A DNA stretch of 64,000 nt from positions 118,730,001 through 118,794,000 of the forward strand of contig NC_043001.1 of the NCBI RefSeq assembly GCF_006345805.1. Direction: 5' to 3'. This document shows positions 1 to 10,981 of this stretch, in pieces. The notes under the pieces were generated by a model. That model did not search any database. It was not told where the DNA came from and saw only the letters and a list, made by a program, of their open reading frames with translations. The translations under genes and the position numbers were made by a program. How positions within the stretch are numbered: the stretch's first letter is position 1; every line of letters begins with the position of its first letter. This DNA comes from Octopus sinensis. Taxonomy: Eukaryota.

Positions 1-1051
1 TCTTCTTAAAAATAACATGATTTGAGGAAATTTTGCTGCTATTTCTAGAAACTAGGGCTACTGCCTGGAAGCTCTATCATTTCCTCTTTGAAGGCAATAA
101 TTAAAAACAAAACAAAACACTACACTAAAAAAAAACATTATGTTAAAAAAAACCGTTCTCCATTCGGTTGACCTATTTTAAGGCATGTGCATGCATGTAT
201 GTATATATGCACATATGCATATACACACACAACATCATTCTCCAGTAAACCATCCTTTAAATCAAATCGATATTTGTACCACAAAACAGTTGCAAGTAAA
301 AACAATTGCAGCTGCCCCTCCTCCTCTCCATACAAACCACACACACATAGAAACAGATACGCTGTAAGACTTGTGCATACAAGCACACACAAAGAGACAT
401 GCACATAGATATAATCTAAACTATTAACAGCTAACCAAAACAAAACTCCTCCCAATCCTGAATAATAAAAAAAGACAGAAAGGGGAAAGAGAGAGTGAGG
501 GAGGAGGAGAGAAACAGAAGGAGAGAGGGGAAACAAGATCCCAAGGGGACACTATAATATAAAGGAGAGGCAGTTATGACTGCAAGTACGAACATGCAGT
601 TTTATATCCTACACTAATCAGTAGCTTGTTAGCATTAAGGAGTATTATTAACAGGAGTGGGTGAGTGGCATGGTTGGAGAGGAGAGTATATATGCAATTT
701 AGTTTCATCCCTCTACTCCCTGAGTTACAATCCCCATTATTGTTAAACATTATCGATGTATAGGGAAAGCAGAGTGAGAGGAGTTGTGTTGTTTTTCACA
801 TCTATTTTTAACATGCTGACATGGGTCGGAAGATATTCATTAAGTGTTCTATGACTGGAAGTCCTTCCTGTTGTTGTTTCAACTAAGATGTTTTTAATTG
901 GTTGGTCTTCAAAAGAGCTGAGCTACACTTTCATGGAAGATGTGAAGAAGTGATAACATGGTTCAAACAGTGTCAATATAAAGACACGTGGAAACACAAA
1001 TACATACATGTGTGTGTGTGTGTGTGTGTGCGTATATATATATATATGTAT

Positions 1052-1289
1052 TCTTTTATTTGTTTCAGTCATTTGACTGCTGCCATTCTGGAGCACCGCA
1101 TTAAGTTGAACAAATGGACCCAGGACTTATTTTTTGTAAATCTAGTACTTACTTTATCTGTCTCTTCTGGCAAACTGCTAAGTTACAGGGACATAAACAC
1201 ACCAACATCGGTTGTCAAGCGGCGATGGTGGGGGGACAAACACAGACACACACATACATATATATCTATATATATGTATCTATCTGTAA

Positions 1290-1323
<34 letters not shown>

Positions 1324-1450
1324 GTATGTATCTATTTATCTATCTATCTATCTATCTATATATATCTATATATATGTATCTATCTATATATATATATATC
1401 TATAAATATAATATATATATATATATCTATATATATGTATCTATCTGTAA

Positions 1451-1481
<31 letters not shown>

Positions 1482-1482
1482 C

Positions 1483-1516
<34 letters not shown>

Positions 1517-1975
1517 CAATTGCAGCGTGGAAGGTGCTTATAAGCCATTTAAGAAACACACAAAAACTGATAGATTCACTTCAACATTTAAATTTGTCAA
1601 GATATTTTCGTCATGGTCTCAAAGCGCCGAAAATATTTTGACAAATTAAATTTAAATGTTGAATTGAATCTAACAGTTTTTGTGTGTTTCTTAAATGGCT
1701 TCTAAACACCTTCCACGTTGCAATTGTTTTCATTCCAGCACACGATCTCAGATCAGGTCACTTGCTATGCAAGTACATCTCATAATATATATATATATCT
1801 ATAAATATAAATATATATATATGATGGGCTTCTTTCAGTTACTCTCAACGAAATCCACTCACAATGCTTTGGTTGGCATGAAGCTATAATAGAGGACACT
1901 TGCTCAAGGTGCCATGCAGTGGGACTGAACCTGGAACTATGTGGTTGCTAAGCAAGTGACTTACCACACAGCCAC
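1052..1975 (-). mobile_element. tRNA-derived SINE, family A (CR1-like tail), inflated by internal microsatellites and an inserted palindromic element
   Basis: Head (rc gtggctgtgtggtaag...ggttcagtcccactgcatggcaccttg) at 1975-1900 and tail ttgtttcagtcatttgactgc at 1060. The same modules recur many times in the window. Confidence 0.85.
1517..1726. repeat. Foldback palindrome (about 95-bp arms) inserted in a (TA)n tract
   Basis: caattgcagcgtggaaggtgcttataagccatttaagaaacacaca...tattttcg (1517-1610) is the near reverse complement of 1628-1726. Confidence 0.9.
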
Positions 1976-2017
1976 TTTGGTATGTATGTATGCATGTATG
2001 TATGCATGCATGCATGT

Positions 2018-2189
2018 ATCACCGTGATCGCTGTGACCGACCAGACTATCAGATGTTGCAACACATCGCTGGTCACAATGCACTTCGCATTGTTTTAGCC
2101 TTCGAATGACGCCACCCCACTGGCTAAGCGAGCAGGCCAACAGAAGAAAGAGTGAGAGAAAGTTGTGGCGAAAGAGTCCAGCAGAGATC
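2018..2189 (-). mobile_element. tRNA-derived SINE family B, 3' part
   Basis: Matches the 3' half of the full-length copies at 27775-28072 and 47577-47886. Confidence 0.85.
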
Positions 2190-2489
2190 TGTTTATACAA
2201 ACAGATCCACGTACAGACGGATAGGTACATAGGCTATATGAACAGACACATATGGATCCACGGATCCACACATACTCTCATACTCTCTCAGAATCAGTTA
2301 CACTGTCCTGTGAAAGGATGGCAAGGAGATTTCCACTGTGTCCTTTTCTCTTAGAAATAAGGGAAGGTTGAGTGAGGAAATAAACTCTTCTTATCCAATT
2401 TGTTACAATACTCATCTAAAGAAAGCACAGAACCTCAAGGTGTCGATGAAGTGATGTGCTGTAAAGCATGGAATGATTCCCTCTCCTCT

Positions 2490-3420
2490 GAAAGAAAGAA
2501 AGGCAAAGTTGACAGGATTTCAACTCAAAACATAAAGGACTCACAGCAAAGCATGTCTGTCTCTCTAATGAATCTACTAGTTCACCTCTCTTAATGATAA
2601 TAATAATCCTTTCTGCTAAAGGCACAAGGCTAGAATTTGTGGGGAAGGGGCTAGTCAATTACATTAACCCTAGTGTTTCACTGGTGCTTAATTTATCAAC
2701 CCCAAAAGGATAAAAGGCAAAGTTGACCTTGGCGAAATTTGAACCCAGAACATAATGACGGGAGAAATACTGTGAAGCATCTTGTCTGGCATGCTAACGA
2801 TTCTGCCAGCCAGCTGCCTTCATCATCATCATCATCATCATTATAATAATAATAATAATGATGATGATTTCAAATTTTGTAACAAGGCCAGCAATCTCGG
2901 GAAGTGAGTAATTCAATTACATCAACTCCAGCACTCAATCAATATTTATTTTATTGACTCTGAAAGGACGAAAAGCAAAGGCAATCTCGGCAGAATTTGA
3001 ACTCAGAACGTAAAGACAGACAAAATGTTGCTAAGCATTTTGCCCAGCAGGCTAATGATTCTGCCAGCTCCTCTACTACAATTGCTGACACAAGACCAGC
3101 AATTTTAGGAGGAGGAATTAGTCAATTACATTTGTATTTGGTATTTGGCCATACTTTATTTTGTCGACCTCTAAAAAATGAATGGCAAAGTTGATCTTGT
3201 TGAGATTTGAACTCAAAACGTTAAGGAACCAGGAGAAATATAACTAAGCATTTTGTGCAATGGTTTCTGATTTAGGGACAAGGCCAGTAATTTTGGGGGA
3301 CAGAAGGGATCAAAGGCATAATTGACCTCAGTAGAAACTGAACTCAGAACATAAGTAGCCAGGACAAGTACTGCTAAGTAAATTTTCCCAATGTTCTAAC
3401 GATTGTACCAATCCATCACC
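2490..3420 (-). mobile_element. Cluster of 4-5 Nin/Deu-domain-like SINE copies separated by (CAT)n/(AAT)n
   Basis: Repeated aaaggatgaaaggcaaagttgacct...gaatttgaactcagaa modules. The rc core gcctttcatcc...gataaa...gtacc resembles the Deu/Nin SINE central domain. Confidence 0.75.
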
Positions 3421-4219
3421 CTAATAATAATAATAATAATAATATCCATTAAAGGCCCAGTGAGAAATAGCTATCTACTTTTGTCATTAACTGCAGCATT
3501 GATTTTTGTTTTTTTCATCCTGTCTGTGTAGCTTTTCAAAACACAGCAGGTAAACAGGAGAGATGAAAGCTCTGGACTGAGACAAGGGGATTAAATCAAT
3601 ACCAATAGCAATTAGATACCTTGCAGCTTTTATGCATGTATCTTACTTTATAGATTTTGCTTATTATTTTTACCGTTTTTTTTTTCAAATTGATTTTTTT
3701 TATATTTCACTTTTAGGTGTAAGTCATCTCAATTTACAGGACAGCAGATGACTGAGTTGTTAGGCTGTTGGCTTACTGGTTCAAGGGCTGATAGACCAGA
3801 TCATATACTACTACTACGACTACTACCACCACCACCACCACCACCACCACCACCACTACTGCTACTGCTGTTATACAAATCCTTCATTAATATGTTTGCC
3901 TGATAATTACCCTCAGATCTTACTGAGTTGAAAGCAATACAAGCAAGAATAATTTGTGTATTGAATAAACAGCATTGTACAGAGTGTGTAAGCTCCTGTA
4001 GCATGTAAACACATAGCAAACTGAGTGTGTAACACAAATTCACAATTGTTTATGGCCAGCTATCAACCTCCGTTAATGCCTACAGGAAGGACATAAACCA
4101 CACAGCCTCCCAAATCCATCACATTATAAAGGACATCACTGATCAGGAAAGCTCAAATAATGATGTTGAAAAACTTGGTGTACTGAGTTGAATCTTCAAC
4201 GTGAAACACAAATACACTC

Positions 4220-5115
4220 TACAACGAGGGTGGGCTGAAATGTTCACAGGCTGACTCTGAAGGAGGGATGCAAGAGCTGTGAAACCTTGCATGCATTAAT
4301 TTCAGCTCTTCTTATTAATAACTACATTGTTTCTTTCCAGGTAAACTGACATCTGACTGTTCAAAGAAGACTCCAAAAGTATCTATTAGTGACTTCTCTA
4401 GAAAATTGACAAAATTTGGCATTGTGGTGTTATTAAGTACCTGCAGAAAAAGGGTTTAGTCCTGACGGATATTCATGCTGACAAGATTGCTACATTAGGG
4501 GATGATGCTCCAGCTTCATCAACAGTGCAAATGTGAGCAGCTGAACTTAGGAGGAGAAGGGAGAGTCTCAAAGATGATCCAGTGTCTGGACATCCTGCAA
4601 CTACCACAACTGAACAAAACAGGTGATTGACTAAAAATCAAATAACCAATGCAATTAGCATCTCTTTTGAGAAAGTTGAGAATATTCTGTACAATGAACT
4701 TGGTATGATGAAGGTTTCTGCTTGGTGGGTGCCACATCTTCTGACACCTGATCAAAAGCGCACTAGGCTGACCACATCACAGGAAAATATGACATTGTTC
4801 CAGGCAGGTCCAGCTAGTTTCCTTGAACATTTCCTAACCCAAGATGAGTGTTGGATTCATCACTTTGGATCAGAGACAAACAGACAATCCATGCAATGGA
4901 AACATTTCACCTCATCTGCAGGGAAGGTGATGGCTTCAGTTTTTTGGGATGCAAAAGGCATTGTATTTATTGGATATCTTCAAATGGGCCACACCATTAA
5001 TGGAGATTACTATACCAACTTGCTGAAGTGGTTATGAAAGGTTATCAAGAACAAACCCAGGAAAATTGATGAGAGGGGTCTTGTCGCATCAGGACAATGC
5101 CCCAGTACATTAGTC
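4220..5115 (+). mobile_element. Decayed Tc1/mariner (mariner-type) transposon
   Basis: Left TIR-like gagggtgggctgaaatgttc. Disrupted transposase: KIWHCGVIKYLQKKG, WWVPHLLTPDQK, LTQDECWIHHF, KVMASVFWDAKGIVFI, HQDNAPVH. No right TIR seen. Confidence 0.92.
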
Positions 5116-5399
5116 CTTCTTCTGGAGGCAATTCTGTGACATGCTAATTAACCATAGTTGGAATCCTGGCAGGTGTTACTACTTTGGCCCAAATAGACCT
5201 AGCAATAATAGTGACCTTAAAACCCTGGAACTCCCAAACCAAATTCATTGAACAATAAATCCTGTTTCACTGTACACAACCAAAGACTCACTACCTGTTA
5301 GCAGGTGCTTGCAAACATCTTTTCAGGAACTTAAAACAATACCCCCAAATCTCCACTCATTCTTCTAATGGCTGTATCATTAGGACTGCTATGATTAAT

Positions 5400-5925
5400 A
5401 TCAGTACAATGAAAGCTTGGTCATGTGAGATAGTTGAATTACTAGAGTGGAGGTATGTAGATGTGCTGTGTGCTACAGATAAGAAGGAGGGGAGCCTCTA
5501 TTAGACCCCTCATAGGAAAGGAATGGGGGCACAAACTCTTCTAGGAAGGTAACAGTGAACATGGGTGCTGTAGACATAGTCTCAGCAGTGAAATGGGTAG
5601 ATAAGGTGATAGAAGTATGATAGAATTATTAACCTAAGACTAGTATTAGATTCTACAACTGTAACAATAATGTCAGCATATGGTAGATGAACAAAGGAGT
5701 CATTTCTAAGAGGCCTTTCAGCAGATTGTATAAATGATGGATGACAATGGATGACGAAGACCTTATTATCATGGCTGGTGATTTCAACAGACATGTTGGG
5801 CAGCACTGAAATAGATTTTATGGTGTACATGTAGGTTATGGCTTTGATTCTAGAAATTAGGAATGAACAAGGTTGATAGAGTTCTGTGATGTAAATAGAT
5901 AGTTGATTTGCAACACGTATAGGCG
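5400..5925 (+). mobile_element. RTE-clade LINE, degenerate AP-endonuclease domain
   Basis: DRIINLRLVLDSTTVTIMSAY, IIMAGDFNRHVGQH*NRFYGVHVGYGFDSRN, RLIEFCDVNR*LICNT (GDFN motif); several stops. Confidence 0.88.
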
Positions 5926-5944
5926 CCTCAGCTCTACAGAAAGA

Positions 5945-7265
5945 GATGGAAAATATTGATTACATTGAAATAGAGGAAACTGATGTAATATCAGCCATTG
6001 ATGGATTTCCAGCAATCCTCTAAAAGAAATGCAAAGGGGCTCTAGCAAGGTCACTACAAATCCCCACCAAAAATTCCTTGCAACTGAGAGACTTCCCAAA
6101 AAGTTAAAGGAAAACGTAACATGCCCTATCCATAAAGAAGGTAGTAGAACAGATGCTAAAAATGATAGGACCGAACTCTCATGGAATGTTATGTCATAAG
6201 CTATGGAGACTTGGCATAATCGGAAAACTCTCCAAGGAGACAGTAATAGTGAGTGGAGTGTCTCAGAGCCACTGCAATTTACGGTGACTCATTTGGACAT
6301 GCCATCAGTTACACAGACAGTCACATTTACTAGTTATACTGATGACACAAAAATATTACAAGCAGTCAAGAAACCTCTTGATGTTAATCTTCTACAGAAG
6401 GACTGAGATGCCACAAATAAATGTGGCAGAAGAAAACAGAATGCAATTAAAAGAAGGAAAATTCCAAACCCTCCACCCTCAACTAGCTTGTACAAATATG
6501 CTGTAACAAAGATACTTTGGACCAAAAGAGGTGGTAATTCCAGAGTCAAATACAGTGTGTGATCTGGGGATTGATATGAGCAACAACACCTCGTTTCACA
6601 TACATATCACTAAAATGGCGGTAGAGTGCAGGTGAATGGCTGGCTGGATTCTGATGACTTTCAGAACAAGAGACCAGGAAACTATGTTGGTTCTATGGAG
6701 GACATTTGTCCTCAGCTGTCTGGACTACTGCTCTTAACTGTGGTCACCCCACAGTGTCAAATTAACTTGTGGTTTTTCAGTGGTGCTACGTCAGGAAGAT
6801 TGCATCAATAGAAAGAGCTACAATTTTAGTCCCTGGAGCAAAGACAGTGATATATGCAGTGATATACATATAAAAGATCCTTGAAGGATTGGCACCAAAC
6901 TTTGGCATTGAGAGTTCTACCAACCCATGAGTTGGACATCATTGCACAGTTCCAAAGGTCATAGCCATCCCATCTAGTACCACAACAGTTTGAGATTCAA
7001 GGGCCTATGACTATTTAATACCTTGCTAAAACATTAGAGAGATATACATGGAATAGGGGTAGATGTTTTCAAGAAATAACTTGACACCTGCTGTTCAAGG
7101 CCCCAAATGAACCTTCATCATGACAAGAAACTCAAAAGAGGGCAGCTGTGCTGAACTCTCCTTCACCAAAAGCCAATCACATAAGAATGGCCATTAAAAG
7201 GTGATAACACTGGCAGTGCCTTAGCATGGCCAGAGCCTTTGAGCTGAAACATATAAAAGAATTAA
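5945..7265 (+). mobile_element. CR1-like LINE, 5'-truncated and internally deleted RT through 3' end
   Basis: DGFPAIL*KKC, TFTSYTDDTKILQAV (YADD-like), AGWILMTFRTRDQETMLVLWRTFVLSCLDYCS*LWSP. 3' end gcagtgccttagcatggcc...gagctgaaacatataaaaga. Confidence 0.88.
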
Positions 7266-7849
7266 AAAATTTTGCCAAAAGATTAAAATTCAAACATCTG
7301 AAGTTTTCAAATGCTTACATGTGAGAACAAGAACATTAAAAATGAAAGCAGGAAATAAATACTGTATAGAAATAAAACAAAAGACAGCCCTTCGTAAGCT
7401 TATAAAAGAAAAAAAAACCTTTGGTGTGTGTGTGTATATATATATATATATATGAAAGTACTGATAGTTGTAAGTGGGTAAGTTGTTCTTTAAATAACTT
7501 GCAGGATGACACAATTTATAATTGATTAACCAACTGGAAACTGGTGATTTACGGAGTCAATTAACCATAACAGAACTGGAACCTTACTCTCAACAAGAGG
7601 AAGGAAGTAGCTACTGTGTTACAAAAGAATAAATGGCTGTATATTTGCGTGTATGTCATAAACACGTAGGTATATATGTATGTATGTATGTATGTATGTA
7701 AATGTGTGTGTATGTGTGTTGTGCCTAGGAAGGGTCATTATGCCAATAAATATGAAGAGGAAGTATATATGTATGAATAGAAAAATGCATGTGTGTGTAT
7801 GTATGTATATATATGTTTATGGTGGCTCTCTCAGACACACCCTCAGCCA

Positions 7850-8365
7850 TACAGTAAACCACTCTGGACTCTGATGACATACTAAAACAGCAAAATGACC
7901 TGAATGCAATATAAAAATGGATGGGCTGATGAAAATAAGATGCAGTTGAAGGCTGAGAAGTTTCAAGCCCTCCACTGTCAGCGCACAAACAGACTACAAT
8001 TGGAATATACAGGGCCAGGGAGTAGTGCAATTCCAGAGTCTGAGTTGGTGTGTGGCCAGGGAATCTACATGAGTGATGATGCAACATTCCATGTGCATAT
8101 TACCAAGATGGTAACACTGTGCAGGTAAGGAGCTGAATGGATTCTGAGATCATTTAGAACCAGAAAAAAGGATACCATGCTCCTCCTATGGAGAACTGTC
8201 ATTCTCAGTCATCTGGATTACTACTCCCAACTGGGGTCAATGCAGAGCACCAAACGGTGGCAGAACTTGAGGCAATTCAGTGCCACTTCACAAAGAATAT
8301 TGACTCTGTGTAACAGATGAACTACTGGGAAAGACTAAAGAAATTAAAGCACTTCACTCTAGAGA
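7850..8365 (+). mobile_element. Second CR1-like LINE fragment (RT C-terminal part)
   Basis: WADENKMQLKAEKFQALH, SDDATFHVHITKMV, WILRSFRTRKKDTMLLLWRTVILSHLDYYSQL, MNYWERLKKLK; homologous to about 6400-6810. Confidence 0.88.
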
Positions 8366-8366
8366 C

Positions 8367-8367
<1 letters not shown>

Positions 8368-8438
<71 letters not shown>

Positions 8439-8459
8439 GCAACAACAACAACAACAACA
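8368..8459. repeat. (AAT)n then (AAC)n microsatellite
   Basis: Directly visible. Confidence 0.97.
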
Positions 8460-8650
8460 TTGAAAAATACCTTAGGAATGAGAACCCAGATTCGAAATTT
8501 CCCCAAGACACCTGATGAAGGCTGGAGGGTATATCAGCCAAAACATTGTGTTAACAACAAACAAGACGAGGACAAATAACTATCAAATGTAAATAATGTA
8601 AATAATATAAATAATGTACATAATTCCTAATCTCTTAAAAATAGAACTGT
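8460..8650 (+). mobile_element. Microsatellite-embedded Penelope-like terminal-repeat remnant
   Basis: Unique stretch between (AAC)n and (TA)n carrying a minimal hammerhead fold, followed by an AT-rich tail. PLE assignment is inferred from the ribozyme. Confidence 0.55.
8507..8552 (+). ncRNA. Degenerate minimal type I hammerhead ribozyme
   Basis: Stem I gacac/gtgtt; CTGATGA 8512-8518; stem II ggctg/cagcc; AAAA in place of GAAA (8540-8543); ACAT in place of palindromic ACGT; H17=T. Confidence 0.65.
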
Positions 8651-8864
8651 ATTATATATATATATATAATATATATATATATATATTATATATATATATA
8701 TGTATATACAGCAAGAAAGAGAGAGAGTGAGAGAGGAGGAGAAAGGGTAGGTGTCAGCAATAGCCGTTTGCTTAATGACTTCTACTTCTACTTCATGTGT
8801 CTTCTGCAAAACAACTTCCTTTGAGACTGTTTTCGATGCAGGCATAAATGTGTATCAGTCTTGA

Positions 8865-8926
8865 CTGACTAAAGCCTTGTGAATGGATTTGGCAGAAGGA
8901 AACTGAAAGAAGCTTGTCATATATTT

Positions 8927-8958
<32 letters not shown>

Positions 8959-9178
8959 GAGAGTGTGCGTACACATGTCTTGAATCATCTGTTGACTAAG
9001 ATTAGCATCACCATCATATAAGTAATGTTGTTCATTTCTAGTCTTTTATGATATATTACCTTGCTTGGAAACAGGTGAAGATTGTTGATAGGAAGGGCAT
9101 CCAGCTGTAGAAAATCTCTCAACTACTTCCATCTGCCCCATGCAGGCATGGAAAAGTGGATGTTAAATGATGATGATG
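8865..9178 (+). mobile_element. SINE family A core with RTE-type tail
   Basis: aaagccttgtgaatggatttggcaga...gaaactgaaagaagc, then ...gcaggcatggaaaagtggatgttaaatgatgatgatg. Confidence 0.75.
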
Positions 9179-10880
9179 CACACATACACACACACACAAT
9201 TTCAAAATGTACAGACATTTCTTAAGCACTCTCTCACAATGCCATCTGAGTAACACTTTGTAATGAGGAGTGGCATTAGATCTGGCCGTATTCAATCGTC
9301 CCCTCTATTTTTATTGCTAACACTCCATCTCTGTTTTTCTCTCTCTTCCTGTCTTTCACACACACACACACACTACCTCCTCTTCAATCACCAGGTCACC
9401 CTCCTCTATCTCTTCCATGATGCTACTCATGCTGGCTTTTATTCCATTGTCTCAACAAGTAACCGTGTACCAGTTTATAATGCACTCTATCCCACTTTCT
9501 CTGTTACATCACCTTCACACTTCCCTCTTACTCTCTCATCTAACACCCTTTTACTTTGGTTCTCCTCCTCTTCAGTTTTTGTGGGGTAGAGATGACTCTT
9601 TAGTCTGGCAGTAGACAAGGAAGCCTCACTAGTACTGGTGCCACAATAATAAACAGCACTTGTTCATACTGTAAAATAAGTGGCATTAGGAAAGGTATCC
9701 AGGCATAGACTCAATGTCTAAAATGGAATGCATGAATGGGACATAATCCCAACTCACCTAGGAAGCAGTAATTCCAAGTAAGAACTGACTTAGAGAGTGA
9801 TAACCCACTAATCCATGCCAGCTTATGGGAGCAGATATATGGTATTGATGATTTTGATTTGTGTATTTCTTTATTGCTACTAGTTTGTTGCAAAGTATTA
9901 TTTAATTTGAGATCACACATTGGAAAGAAATGCTGCATCTTTATGAAGTTCGATCAGGCATTTACTAAGCATACACACTCACACAGATTATTAATTCCAT
10001 TGTTTCTTTTTCACAGTCAATACTCTTTCACCATACATTTATTAACAGCATTCCCTCTGATACTTTATAATCCACTGCATGCGAATACAGATCCGCTGGC
10101 TTAAAAGAGTGTCAGTGGTCAGAGCATGGCTAATGAAGAGATTAATAAGAATAGTAGATGAAAGAAGACAGTGATGATGGTACCGACAATTGTGATGATG
10201 GTACCGACAATTGTGATGATGATGATGAAAAGTGATATCATTGATAATGCTGATGAGGATCACAATAATGATAGTGCAAGCAACAATACACACAAACACG
10301 GTTCTGCTTCTCTGCACTTTTCCACTCAAAGGTATTAACCTTCATTCTGAGCCTGCTTCTCTTCCATTCTGGTCTTCTGATAAACAAACCATATTTTTGT
10401 ATCTATGACAACCAAATGAAGATTACTGTAAAATAAACTGCTGCACTAACAACACCTAGTTTCTCATAATGGAACATTGGTGGATTCCTGTTATACTGAA
10501 TCATAACAGCTTGAACTGACTGGGTTCTCTCTGACTTCACCAAAGTATTTAAGTTATGAACCCAAGTTACCAACGCTAGTGTACATCAAACATCAGTCAT
10601 GTCTCCCATATTCTTTCTTCTCTACAGTGACAAGTTTCACACTTCGATGTAGATGGTACTAACTTTCACTCCTGTACACAGTTTCTATCTAAGGGTTTCT
10701 TAAATATCGTATGATATCAACCATAACCTGAAACCATAAACGATGTTTGAGGACATCCTTCATTGAGGCTATCACAGCCTCTTCAACAACACAAGGACAC
10801 AATCACTACATCTGTCACTGGAACAGAATTGTGCCACACATTCATCACCATTGCACTGCAGCTGATCTACTGATCAAACA

Positions 10881-10981
10881 GGTAGTGATTCAACTGTAAG
10901 AGCAAGGTCATCAGCATAGAGGAGCTCCCAGGGGCAGCCTGTCTTGAATTCCTCTGTTACTGCCTGGAGGACTATGATGAT
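10881..10981 (-). mobile_element. RTE-clade RT fragment with YADD
   Basis: Minus strand reads IIVLQAVTEEFKTGCPWELLYADDLALTVESL. Confidence 0.9.

Noticed and set aside
10042-10329. 95-aa His-rich, hydrophobic ORF
   Set aside because: It starts at TTG, and the His/Ile runs come from (CAT)n and a 21-bp duplication; it is more likely UTR-like sequence.
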